From assembly GCA_045225975.1 (NCBI GenBank), contig JBGVBX010000024.1, positions 15,497 to 79,496 on the forward strand: a DNA stretch of 64,000 nucleotides, read 5' to 3'. This stretch comes from Malacoplasma sp. Lineage in GTDB: Bacteria > Bacillota_I > Bacilli_A > Mycoplasmatales > Mycoplasmoidaceae. The notes under the pieces were generated by a model that saw only the letters and a list, made by a program, of their open reading frames with translations, made no database searches and was not told the DNA's origin. Position numbers and translations under genes: made by a program. Of the stretch, positions 34,742 to 47,773 are shown in pieces (position 1 is the first letter of the stretch; the number at the start of each line of letters is the position of its first letter).

Positions 34742-36421
34742 ATGAAAAAAGGTAATATAGTAGATTTCCTTGTTAATCAAATTAATGATGCTATAAATCA
34801 TACTGTTGATGTTTTATGTGAGAATAACATTGATCGAAATAATATTAAAGTTATTGTTGATAAAAATGACAATATAGATTTTGGAGATTTTTCTACAAAT
34901 TTCGTATTATCTCTAGGTCTTCCAAAAGAAAAATGTTCAGAATATGCTGATGATTTAGCAAGAACATTCACTAATAAAAAATATTTTAAAGAAGTAAAAG
35001 CTATAAAACCAGGTTTTATTAATTTTAGACTATCTAATTACCTTTTACATCAAGTATTGTTTGATATTATTAATAAAGGAAAAAAGTTTGGTATTGCTAA
35101 GAAATCTAAATTAAATTACAATATTGAGTTTGTTTCTGCTAATCCAACAGGTTTATTACATATTGGTCATGCAAGAAATGCAGCAATTGGAGACACTCTT
35201 GCACGAATTTGGGAAGCTAATGGTATTCGTGTAAATCGAGAATACTACATTAATAATGCAGGTAACCAAATGGAGTTATTAGCTCTAAGTGTATTAATTA
35301 GGTATAAACAACTTTTTAATTTAAAGATAGAACTACCTAAAGATTCATATCATGGTGAAGAAATAATTACCATTGCTAAAAAATTAAAAGAAGAATATGG
35401 TGATGCATTATTAAAAGTTAAATTTAATGATAAGGGTATTACTTCCGAATTCGCTAAAGAAAAGAATGTTATTAAATTGTTTGCTGAAAACTATTTATTA
35501 TCAATAATTAAAACTACTTTAGAAAACTTCGGTGTTAGTTTTAATATTTGGTTTCCTGAAACTGAACTTTATAAAAATAATATGCTAAAAATAGCTTTGG
35601 AACTATTAAAAGGTCATATATATTCTAAAGATGGTGCAATTTGATTAAAAACAACAGAATGTGGTGATGATAAAGATCGTGTATTAATTAAGTCTGATGG
35701 AAGTAATACATATTTTGTACCAGATATTGCTTACCACAACATTAAATTATCGCGTGGATATGACAAAATATTTGATATATGAGGAGCAGACCACACAAGC
35801 TATGCTGAAAGAATGAAAATAGCTATGAAATTATTAGGTTGGGATAAAAGCAAACTAGAAATTTTAATTATGCAAATGGTTCGTTTGACTAAAAATGGTA
35901 AAGAATTCAAAATGTCAAAAAGAACTGGCAATTCATTAACATTAGAAGATTTAATTAATTCTATTGGTAAAGAATCAGCAAGATGATATCTTGTAAGTAA
36001 ACCAATAACTAGTCATCTAGAAATTGATGTTGATAAGGTATCCAAAAAAGATAGTAACAATCCTTTATTTTATGTCCAATATGCTCATGCAAGGATAAAT
36101 CACATTTTATGTAAAACTAAATATAAATTACCAACTAATTTTAATTTATTAACTTCTAAAATTGAACGTCAAATTATAATCGCCTTACATTCATATGTAA
36201 CAACATTAAGAAAAATTGCTAGCTCATATGAAGTAAATATTTTGACAGTTTACCTATACAATTTGACAAAATTATTTCATTCATACTATGCTTCAAATAA
36301 GATTGTAGATTTAGATGAACCCGAATTGTCAAAACAAAGATATTGATTAGCTTATTGTATAAAAACAATTATTGCTAATGGTTTAGCACTATTAGATATC
36401 AAACCAGCTAACGAGATGTAA
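34742..36421 (+). CDS. argS: Arginyl-tRNA synthetase
   Basis: [17 protein letters not shown] is the HIGH motif, with a C-terminal anticodon-binding domain. The frame joins via TGA to give 559 aa. Confidence 0.95.
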
Positions 36422-36436
36422 AATAGTAATTATCAA

Positions 36437-37378
36437 TTAATTAATATATTGATTAATAAATGAATATTGTTCTGAATGAAAGATAGAGAATGATGGTAAA
36501 AATTGTGTGTTATAGATGTTTGATCAGCCACCTCAAAAAATACCTAATGTCTCATATTTATCATTGATTAGCATACTACCACTACTACCACCTGATAAAG
36601 TGAATGGATTATTATATGATGTACCTGATACATAATTATTTGATACATCTCTTAATCCATCATCTATATTATGATAATAATCATCAGTATTTTTTAGTAG
36701 CAAATTATCGAAATGGTAATAACCCCATCTTGTGCCGGCTACTCCTAGTCTTTCTTGCATTGGAAAACCAGCGCAATAAGCACTTGTTATTTGATTTTCA
36801 ACTGTATTCTTAAATTTGTTTATATATCCATTTTCTTTATAGAATTTATTAATTTTATTTAATTTTGTTTTAAAATCAACTTCTGGATTTGAAAAAGTTA
36901 CATCTAATATTGAAAAATCGATTGAATTTAACTTTTTGGTAGCTTCATCTTCATCATCTTTAGAAAATGTAAAATATTCATCAAGTATAGATATATCATC
37001 TTTCTCGAATTTAGTGTAATCATTTGTTGAAAATCATTCTCTTTTGTAATCAGAATATTGATAACTCAATATTGTAGCACTTTGATCTAAAAAAGCAGGC
37101 AAAGAAACATGTAAATTTGTAGCAACATAATAATGGTATGAGTTGATATCATCATCACATTTATTCAATATTCAACATGTTCCTCACATTTGATAAGATT
37201 TTTGGTCAGCAGCTATAAGATTTACTAATAATGAAAATGTACGGTCATGAATATAATCATAATAATTTTCATTTTTTTTATCACTATTATATGAACAGCT
37301 TATTGAAAATAATGGAACCGATACGCTAGATAAAGCTATTAGGTTAAATGATAATAATTTTAGTTGTTTAAATTTCAT
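36437..37378 (-). CDS. Lipoprotein, DUF31-family putative serine protease
   Basis: The signal peptide MKFKQLKLLSFNLIALSSVSVPLFSISC carries a lipobox. GTCWIL...YYVATNLHV is the His region and TLSGGSSGSML is a GxSGS-type Ser motif. The frame extends through TGA to TAA 36437. Confidence 0.7.
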
Positions 37379-37433
37379 ATTATTGCCTTTATTATATTTA
37401 GTAAATTAAATATATAGATATTTGTGCGCTATA

Positions 37434-38492
37434 TTATTTTTGATTAATAATCTCGTTAGATGCTTCAGCTTTATTTGCACCTTTTGTAAAGTTTTTACGG
37501 TTGATTACATCTTTATTTTGAACATTCATTGTCAAATCTGGGAGAATCATTTCTTCATCTGATTTACCAACAAATTTTGTAGGTTCACCAAGACCCTCAC
37601 AGATTGCATCACACAAGATTGTAGTCATTAGATATGTAGTTTTAATTGAAGATGTATTACATGGAATAATAAAATCGATTAAACTTGGATCAGCATTAGT
37701 ATTTGCTAATGCAACTACAGCAATACCTAATTTTTTAGCCTCAACTACAGCATTATGTTCAACAATTGGGTCAAGAACAATAATAGCCTGTGGTAAACCC
37801 TTCATTGTTCTAATTCCGCCAAAGAATTTACCTAAACGTTCAGTTTCTTTAATTTTTTGCAATTGCTCTTTTTTTGAGTATTTTTTAATCTCAGCAGACA
37901 ATTGAATCATAATCAATTTATTAAGTTTAATAATTGATTTATTGATTGTACGGAAGTTTGTTAATGTTCCACCTAATCATCTTTGATTTACGTAGAAACA
38001 TTTTGCACGTTTAGCCTCTTCTTTAACATGATTTTTAATAATTTCACCACGTGTACCTACTAAAAGAACTCTTCCACCTTCTTTAGTTAAATCACATAAA
38101 AATTTATATGCTCGATCTAAGAATACTAAACATTTCAATAAGTCAATATTGTAATTCCAATTATTTCTTTTACCATAAATAAATGGTTTCATTTTTGGAT
38201 TTCAGTATTTAACTTTTGAACCAATGTTAGCACCAGCTTCAATTAATTTATTTACAGAAACTAATTTTCTAATTTGAAACTCTTTATTAGCTTCAAAAAA
38301 GGCATTAACCTTATTTTCTATATTTTTCTTAGCATCAGCTTGTGAAAATTTTTGTGATGAATTTGCTTTATTTTTTATCTTTTTAGTTGAGTCTGTAGTT
38401 TTTTTACTATTTTTTTTCTTTTCAGACTTAACTGCTTTTTCAGTAGAATCTTCTTTTTCAACTACTGATTCATCTTTTTTATTTTTTAACAT
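37434..38492 (-). CDS. rpsB: 30S ribosomal protein S2 with a Lys-rich N-terminal extension of about 78 aa
   Basis: The S2 core is [25 protein letters not shown]...LLVGT.... Three fragments are in frame. ATG 38492 is preferred over GTG 38507 because AAAGGA lies 7 nt upstream. Confidence 0.9.
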
Positions 38493-38631
38493 CAATTTTC
38501 CTTTCACTTATATTTAATCAATTCTCTTGACTAAAACATCATATCTTTAAAATATGTGCTGTATTATTATATTTAATATTTATAAATATTTAATTTTTAT
38601 ATTAAAATAGTATTATTTAATTTCTTGTTCA

Positions 38632-41600
38632 ATGATCAATTTGTTAAAGAATGTAGCAAGATCATTTAAAAAGAACAAACTGTCTATTTGTGGTTTATCT
38701 TTTTTAGTATTTTTATCAACTGGCATATATACCACCTTATCAGGAACAACAAGTGCCATAAACAATGAATATAGGTATATTTCAAGAAATGGAAATTTAC
38801 ATGACTTCACTGTTTCTGAACTCTATAATGTTGGTGTAGTTAGATATAAGAACGATATTGAAAATGTAGTTGTAGATTCAAGTACTCAATATTCAGTTAA
38901 CTCATGCCTTTATGATGATAATTCATTATCAAGACTAAGAATTACTTATCCTGAACAAGAAACAGAAGAAATTGTAGTTCCATATATTACAGTAACCGGC
39001 TCAGCAACTGGTGCAGAATACTTAGCTAATGTTTCAATTACATATACAATTGATATTTCAAATTGTGATGAAAACGCTTCATTAAAGAAGTTTTATTTAG
39101 ATAGTTGATTAGACCACAAAAATAATCCTTCAGATACTGACACATGATCTAATCACATTAACTGTTTAGAACCAACAATAACTTATTCAATTAAAATAAG
39201 TGAAGAAACATTCAATTTTTTTAATAAAACTCAGCCACGCTATGGAAAAGATTATGCTGATGGACCTATTGAATTATCAGCAGATGATTATAATTCATAT
39301 ATCTCTGAACTAAAGATTAATGATAACACTCAAAGTGCTTTATCAACATATGCAAATGATTTATATTCTATTGTTGGTCAAGAGAACACATTGATGAGCG
39401 AATATTTGGCTAAAAAAGCAGGAATTGGTGAATTTAGAAACTTCATATCATTAAATATTGATAACTCAAGTGACAACATTTATTACAAAGTAATAAGATC
39501 TACTCCTAATGATACAGTTGATAAGTTAGTACATATTGATCCTAATAATGGAATAAATAAAACCCAGTGAAATAATTTTGATGATAAAGATTGCACATAT
39601 GATATTTTAGACTACAAAGCAAATGGTAATTGAGGTATAAATCAAACTTTGAGATATAAACCAAATGCAATAGAAGAGAATTTTGATATCCATTACATTG
39701 AAAAGATCTTTTTATTGAACAAAGGTGATTGGACAGATAACCCAGGTGATTTTAAAAGGAAAATTACCAGTTTAATTGGTGACACACAATTACCAACTAA
39801 TGATACAACTCGTCAGGAATGATGAGACTCTAAGAAAACATCATTAGAGAGATTATTAAAAGATGAAAAAGATAATAATGAACAAGTATATTGTAAAGAT
39901 GATAGAGTTACAATTAATTGAACAAATTCTCAAGGGGTTCCTAGTGCGTGATCAATTTCTAATTGAACTGCACATTTTACGGTAGTTAATCCAGAATTTT
40001 TAAACAAAAACAACCTACATACTTTAGACCCTTCTATTTACAATCAAGAAGAATCTTATAAACAATATGTTAAAAATAACCCAGGAATAACAGACCAGAA
40101 AATGTTATTTATTGGTTGAATGAATAGTTTAGATTTTCCAAATTTTCAAAAATGATTTGAATCAGTTTATAAAAATGAAAACTATAAAAATCATTTCATT
40201 ATTCCTGGTGGTGCTAGTCCATATTTAATTATTGGCAGTGGAATCACTCCCGATTTTATTTATCCAATAGTATCAATAGAAAGATCAACACCAAACCCAA
40301 AAAATGAATGTATTTTTTATGTAAACATTGCTGGTTATGGAAGAATATATGATTCATTTAGAAATAATGTAAATGAAAATTACATTGTTGGTAAATTTAC
40401 TTCAAACAATAAAAAAACACAGAAAACAATTTTGGATGAAATTAATCAATATGCTGATAAAGTAATGATTTATCCTAAAGGAGTTCAAGCAGCTTATTTA
40501 GCTACTGATACAAATAATGTATTAAATGCAAGCTCATTTAGAATTTCATATATTCCTAAGTTTATTAATGCAATTAACTTGACTTCTGTAAGTTTGACCT
40601 TATTTATTATTCTATTAAGTCTAGTCATTTGTGCAATTGTAATCCATCGTTATATTACTAACCAACAATCAATATTAGGAATAATGAGAGCTAATGGCTT
40701 TTCATCAAAACAAATAGCTACATCAATGCTACCTTTTGCCTTGTTACCTGTAGTTGTTGGAACAATAGCTGGGGTAATTGTTGGTACATTATTACAATTT
40801 ATAACCTTAACATTGTTTTCCAATTATTGGATGCTGCCAACGCAACTATTGGGGTTTGATTGGTTAGGCTTCATCATAATTTTTGTAATAGCTTTAGCAA
40901 TTTTTATTTCAACTGTTTATTTTACTTCATTATATGTACTACGAAAGAATACAGTTGATTTAATGAAGAATGATAGTCAAAATAACCCTAACTTAGCTTC
41001 AAGATCAATGAAAAGGGTGTTTGGTAAATTTGGTATCATGACTAAATTTAGGACAGCAGTAGCATTCGGTTCAATGTGAAAATTATTTGTCCTTGTAGTA
41101 ATGACAACATTATCATTATCAACACTTGTATTTACTTTTTCAATTAAAGGTAAATTTGCTAATGTAACAGCATTAACAAATCAAAGTCGTGGTTATAATT
41201 ATGCAGTTGATTTAATTACACCAACAACTCAAGGTGGTCAATATATTGGAATTAATTACGGTAAAATTGGCAATGCAAATAGTTCATTTGGTTTTGCTGG
41301 ATTAAGTGGGTTCAATCAAGCTGGTAATGATTTAAGAGATGTTAACTATGTTCAATCTTTATATTTTGGGGAACCAGAAGAAAATATAACAATTACTACA
41401 CCAACACTTCCAATTACTGTTAAGTACTTAAATCTTCCAGGAATTACATATTCAATAGATAGTGATTATGAATATGAAAAGGGATATATGCCAAAAATAT
41501 ATGATTCAAAAAGCAAACAAGAACATAATTTAAATTTTTTCTTAAATAAAAAATATTATTTTTCTTCAATCTTATTTAATTATTTCAATATTAATACCAA

Positions 41601-43716
41601 TCCAGGAGCTGATACAGCTGGTGTAAATTCATATTTTAATAAATATCTTGATTCATTAAAATCAGGTCCAACTGATGCACTTCTTTCAAACTTATATTTA
41701 CCATTCATGGGGGATTCATTCGGCCAACAAACAGATATTTTTTATTTAAAAGATCGTATGTTATCTAATAGTACTTTAAATTATATTGTTGGTATGAAAG
41801 GTATTGCTGAATCAAATCCATGAGATATTGCTTCTTCACTAATGCCAGATAATAATAAAAAACTTCTTGAGAAAGCTAACAGAGATTTTGTAAATTACAT
41901 AGGTAATGCAATTAACTATAAAGATAATGAATCAGATATAGTTTATAAAGAATTACATGATTTATTTGTTAAAGATACCCAGGATGAAGAATTAACACTT
42001 TATAAAAAATTTATAATTCCATCTCAAAATATTGATAGTCAATACATCATCAATAGAACTTTAGCAGTCGGTGATCATAAAACAGATCAATCAAAAGAAG
42101 GTACATATAATGTCGCTATAAGGCCTTCGTTCTTAAATTTATTATCTACAGCATATGCATTTGTTGATACTGCAAAAAAAGATTATTATCTAACATATAA
42201 CACAATTCCATTACTTCCAGAAGATGAAACATACACTTGAATTAATGGTAGTGTAATATCTGATAATTCCTCAGTAAAAATTTTGGGTATAAAAACTGGT
42301 AAACATGCTTCAAAATATATTAACTTATATGACAAAAATAAAAAGAATTTAAATGATGGAAATAATAGTTTGATAAGGTATACACAAGCAGATTTTGAAT
42401 CTAATTATCGTTTAAATAGCTCATGAAATTATAATTTTGATAAACCTTTCCCAATTATTGTTAATGCCTATGCTGCTCATAAACATAAATTGAAAGTGGG
42501 TAGTGAGATTTCATTTACTATTAATAACAGAGCAGATCGTTATTTAGATGAGATTAATCCAAATGCATCTAAAAAGCATATTGCTAACTTCATTGTTAAA
42601 GGTATATGTACAACCTATGAAGGTGAAGAATACTATATTGATCAAGATGTAGCAAATTTATTGTTAGGTTTAAAAACTCATTTATGAGATAATGAAACTG
42701 ATAATGGTCAATATATTCAATCAAAATATGAACCTAATGCATATTATGGATATGAATATAAATCAATGTGAGACCCTTTAAGGGGTGGATTTGATTCTAC
42801 TATACCAACAGCCGCTAAAGGTATTAGTGTAGAGGGTGGCGATGACATGTTAATTAATTTATCTAATTATGAGCAAAATATGATCAATAGTGGATATAAT
42901 TTGACACCTTATGGATTTAATGGTGTATTTACTAAATCGCAAAATGGTGGTCCTATATTAACAAAAGGAGTAATTTTATATTCAATTACAGGACTATATC
43001 CTGGTAATGACAAAATTACATCAGATGTTACAACTAATATGCTTAAGTATGGTGCTAATTTAGAAATACTACGCCGTGTAACATTGAATGGTGATGAGAC
43101 CACAGAATTAGGAAAAGGAATTTCAACTGCTTACAATGCATGAGTTAGTGAACCTAATTTAAATGAAAGGGAACAAAAACATTTAGAGTTAGAAAAATTT
43201 GCTGAACAAGCAAGAGAATTTATCCGTAGTTACTTTGGTGATCAGACTTACACCCTTGTTGTTGCTAATGTTTCAGATGCTTTCTCATCACAGTTAATTT
43301 ATGATAATTTATCTAAAACTATCAGCAACATAACATATGTGGTTATTGCAATAGTTTCATTAATGGTTATTATCATTGTAGCTTTGATTACTAACATGAT
43401 TATTGACGATTCAAAACGTTTAGCTTCATTATTAAAAGCACTTGGATATACTGATGTTGAAAATGCAAAATCATTCCTATCAATTTATGCACCAGTAATA
43501 ATTTTTAGTTTAATCATTGCCTCATTATTGTCATGAGGCTTACTAAATTTATATAATTCGTTAATTTTTAAAGGTGTAGGTATATGACTAAATGCACAAA
43601 TTAAATGATATGATTATTTAATTTCTACTGGAATAGTTGCTATAATTTTTGGAATATCTGGATTAAATTCAATCTTATCATTAAAACGAGAGTCATTAGT
43701 TAATTCAATTAAATAA
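38632..43716 (+). CDS. Giant FtsX-family ABC transporter permease (1694 aa)
   Basis: Seven track fragments are all in frame 1. Two FtsX-type modules are present (ILGIMRANGFSSKQIA... and LASLLKALGYTDVENA...). Each is followed by TM helices, and very large soluble regions lie between them. Confidence 0.8.
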
Positions 43717-43727
43717 GAAAGTAGATT

Positions 43728-45350
43728 ATGAAAATAAGAAATTCAAAACAAATGGAAAATATCAAAAGTAAGAATGTTATTCTTACTAAAAAAATAGATG
43801 ATTTAAAACAAGAGCTAGCAAAATTAGTTGATGTGTTTAATAAAATTGAAGTTGTAAGTCATAAAACTTTTTTAGACAAGAAAAAATTAATTAAATCAAT
43901 TTCTTCTATTAATTCTAGTTTGAATTTTTACCAGGCAAAATTAACTAAAAATAAATATGCAACATTTGAATATAGTTTGCTAAACGAAGAAACTAATGAG
44001 ATAAATGCAAATCGACTTTACAAGTTTATCTGCTATATCGAATCTTTTAATACTAATAAAAAAATCTTTCCATATAAACTTTCTTTTATTCATAAATTAA
44101 ATAGATATACATCAAAACAATATGTTTATACTAATAAACTTTGCTGATTAAGAGATATATATTTAAGAACAAAGATATTGAAACATGAATCTGTTTATTT
44201 TATAAAAAAGAGGATTGAGAAACTTAATAAAAAATTAAAGAATTATGAAAATGAGATTGAAAATTTGAAAGCTTCATTTGCTGCCCGTTATCATGCAAAA
44301 TTAGTTGAAAAATTAGCAAAAACTAAAAAGGATATTAAATATGCAAATGATCAAAGAGAACTTGCTATTAAAAAAGCAGCTAAGAAAAAAGAATCAACTA
44401 AAAGAATTAAATTATTACACTCAGAATATTTGCAAATAAAAAATAAATGTAGATTAGATATTAGAAACAATAAACAAGCTTATAAAGAGAATAAGATTGA
44501 TAAAAATACATATTCCATTAACAAATCTGCAATTCTTGATAAATATTATGAACAAAAAGATAATATTGATCTTCAAATATATACGCTTAAGGAAGAATAT
44601 AAAAATTTTTCTCAATTTGATTCATCTAATCTAGCTATTAAATTAAAAAATGTTGTTAAATACTATAGCAATAAAGTTCTTGCTAATAAAGTCTTAAGCA
44701 ATGTAAATCTGGAAATCAATAAAGGTGAATTTGTTGTAATTTTGGGTCCAAGCGGAAGCGGTAAGACAACATTATTGAATATTATTTCTGGTATGGATAA
44801 TGCAACTTATGGTGATACAATAATTGCTGGCGAAAATCTAATTGATTACAATCAAAGCATGTTAACTACATTTAGAAGAAATAATATAGGCTATGTTTTC
44901 CAACAATATGGATTGTTACCAAATTTAACTGTCAAAGAAAATATACAAATAGGCCAAAACTTACAACATAATCGTTCAAGATTAATTCCAATCGATGAAA
45001 TTTTAAAATCAGTCGGTTTGGAAGCGCAAGCAAACAAATATCCAAATGAATTGTCTGGGGGTCAGCAACAGAGGGTGTCAATTGCTCGTAGTATTGCTAA
45101 AAACCCAAATATTTTATTCGGTGATGAACCAACAGGTGCTATTGACCAACAAACATCAAAAAATATAATGAATTTATTTGTTGATATTAATAAGAAATAT
45201 AAAACAACAATTGTTATTGTAACTCATAATCCAATTTTAGCCGAATTAGCAACAAAGGTAGTTTACGTTTCCGACGGTACAGTTTCAAATATTAAATACA
45301 ATTCTAATCCAAAAACTGTTGAGGAAATAAATTGGATAAATAATGGTTAA
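43728..45350 (+). CDS. ABC transporter ATP-binding protein (MacB/LolD-type) with a coiled-coil N-terminal extension of about 300 aa
   Basis: GPSGSGKTT, LSGGQQQRVSIARS and ILFGDEPTGAID are the ABC motifs. Fragments 43728-44147 and 44178-45350 share a frame. Confidence 0.88.
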
Positions 45351-45407
45351 ATTAATTTAACAAAAAGTATTTAGCAATAGATGTTTTTAATATTTGATTT
45401 GCAATTA

Positions 45408-46286
45408 TTAAATCTCAAATGCAATTGCTAGCGCTTTATCACCAGTATGAGCAAGAACAACATTAGGTATCTTGTCATAAATTATTTCACATGTAGAAGG
45501 TACTGTTTTTTTAATATGTTTTATAAGCTCTATAACTTCAGGTTCATTTTCATTTGATGAGCCAAATAATATACATATTTTTTTTAGTTTATCTAAAGAA
45601 AAACCTGAGATTCTTTTATTGTATTCATCAACTACTAAATCGAATCCTTTTGATAAATCTTTAGATGTTTTAAAGAATTTTAGACCATTTTTGTCACATG
45701 TGATGACAATTTTTAATTTCAACATTTTAATTAGTAGAGATTTAAAGTTTGAAACCCTACCACCTCTAGCAAGTTGAGTTATATCAGAAACAAATAAAAC
45801 AGATGCAAATGAATTTGCAGCTTTTGTTTCTATATATTCTTTAAATGATTTAGGATTTAAAGTATTATTTTTAACCATTTCTTGCAATTCCATAATGGTT
45901 CATCTAACTGGATAAATAACTTCTTTATTTTCAGCACCAATTATAAGTTTGTCATATTCATTTGCAATCATTTCTCATGTGTTAGCACTTCCTGAAAGAT
46001 ATTTTGGAATTGGTAATACATAAATTTCATCATACTTATCATTAATTTTTTCAACTAAATTCATAATATCACCAGCAACTACCCCTGCTGTTGTTACAAC
46101 AGAATCTTTTTGATTTAAGTACTTTGCCACATCTTTAATAGTAATATCTACACCATCATGGTAAGATTTTGCTTCATTAGTTTTTTTATTTACTACATTT
46201 ATTGTAAGTGGTAAAACATAAACATCTTTAAATTCATTATTTTTAATGTTGCCTAATGTGTCGACAATGAATGCTATTTTTTTCAT
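45408..46286 (-). CDS. DegV-family fatty-acid-binding protein
   Basis: The protein starts MKKIAFIVDT... and has TTAGVVAGD and ...LSGSANTW... motifs with DegV-like overall layout. Two fragments are in frame. Confidence 0.85.
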
Positions 46287-46327
46287 AATCTTTATAACAT
46301 CAATCATTATATAATATTGCATATTAT

Positions 46328-46924
46328 ATGCTCGCTGTATTCTATAACCAAAAATTATTAGATAATACTCTAATTGTTGTCATAAATAATGATGAAATTA
46401 TTAATCAAGATAAAGGTAAAAATTTTGTTGTTGGTTATTCTAAAGATAACAATGTTAGTTTTATCAATATATTTAATTTTAACACATATATGAAATTAAA
46501 TGATGGTTATTTAAAATTTGATAAAAAATTATGTGAAACTATTAAGAAGATAACTAAAATTGATTTATCAAATTTTATTGATAAAAATGATTTTGTTGTT
46601 GGACAGATTAACGAATGTGAAAAAATAAAGGGTTCACATTTACATAAATGCATGGTAAATATCGGTAACGAAATATTACAAATAGTTTGTGGTGCAAAAA
46701 ATGTAAAGAAGGGTATTAAAGTTGTTGTTGCATTAGATGGTTCAATAATGCCATATGGCAAAATAATAAAACCAAGTCAACTTTTACAAACTAAATCTAA
46801 TGGAATGATATGTAGTAAAAAGGAATTAAATTTACATAGCACAAAATTTAATGATGAAGGGATAATTGAATTGTCTTCTAAATATAATTTAGGTGATAAA
46901 TTTGATGAGGTATTTAATAATTAA
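46328..46924 (+). CDS. YtpR-like tRNA-binding domain protein
   Basis: The C-terminal half, VGQINECEKIKGSHLHKCMVNIG...VCGAKNV..G.KVVVA..GS, matches the tRNA_bind (PheT/CsaA-type) OB fold. Confidence 0.75.
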   Translation: MLAVFYNQKLLDNTLIVVINNDEIINQDKGKNFVVGYSKDNNVSFINIFNFNTYMKLNDGYLKFDKKLCETIKKITKIDLSNFIDKNDFVVGQINECEKIKGSHLHKCMVNIGNEILQIVCGAKNVKKGIKVVVALDGSIMPYGKIIKPSQLLQTKSNGMICSKKELNLHSTKFNDEGIIELSSKYNLGDKFDEVFNN

Positions 46925-46929
46925 AATAT

Positions 46930-47751
46930 ATGCCATTTACAAAGCAAATTGATAAAGATTTTTATATTAAGGATAATCGTATTTATTTATCTGATGAATA
47001 CTTCAACAAAAATAAAAAGTATTTTAAAAAGATAACAGGCTCACGTTTTGCAGCAATTTTGAATTTTAATCAATATACTTCACCTGTTAAAGCATGGTGC
47101 ACTATTGTAAATATTTATAAAGATGAAATGGACCCTACTTTAGCTAAAGTAGGTACAATAATAGAACCTAAAATTAGAGAATATGCAACCAAGGTTACAA
47201 ATATTAAGTTTAAAGATTATAACCCTAGTGAAGTTAACTGAAATGTTTTTAATGATGAAATATTTGGTGGTATACCAGATGGTGAGCCAATTGATGAAGA
47301 TGGTAAGTTTGCTTATGATAAAGGTTTTCCTATGCTTGAAATAAAAACTTCAAGTGAAGATAAGTTAGCATATGAAAAAATTAATGGGGTTTTTAGAATT
47401 AAAAAAGATGAGAAAGGTTGGCCAACTATTAAAGAATCTGGTGAAAAGAAAAAATCATGATTTGTAAATGGTCAATTAAAAGTACCAAATGAATATTGTT
47501 TTCAATTACTTTTATATTTATATTTGCGTAATGTTAATGAAGGAATATTCGCTATTGCTTTTTTGAAACCCGAAGATTATGTTTATCCGGAAAGATTTGA
47601 TGCTATGGAGCACGATATTTATTTTGCTAAATTAAATATTAATGATTTTGCTAATTTCCAAAATATTATTGAATATGCAAGAAATTGGTACAAATTATAT
47701 GTTATGGATAAGCATTATTCAATGCTATTAGAAGAAAATGATAAAAAGTGA
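46930..47751 (+). CDS. PD-(D/E)XK-type nuclease, YqaJ/lambda-exonuclease-like
   Basis: ITGSRFAAIL..., GTIIEPKIREY, GGIPDGEPID and PMLEIKTS give a D...E.K arrangement. Two fragments are in frame via TGA. Confidence 0.5.
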
Positions 47752-47773
47752 TTATCAGAGGAATTGGGTATCA

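Noticed and set aside
37273-37280. Homopolymeric A8/A9 runs in coding regions, for example A8 near the 5' end of the DUF31 lipoprotein gene and A9 at about 18887-18895 near the 5' end of alaS. I considered them as frameshift-type phase-variation switches.
   Set aside because: Equivalent runs occur in essential housekeeping genes such as alaS. They therefore reflect base composition rather than dedicated contingency loci. Only the promoter (AT)11 tract stands out.
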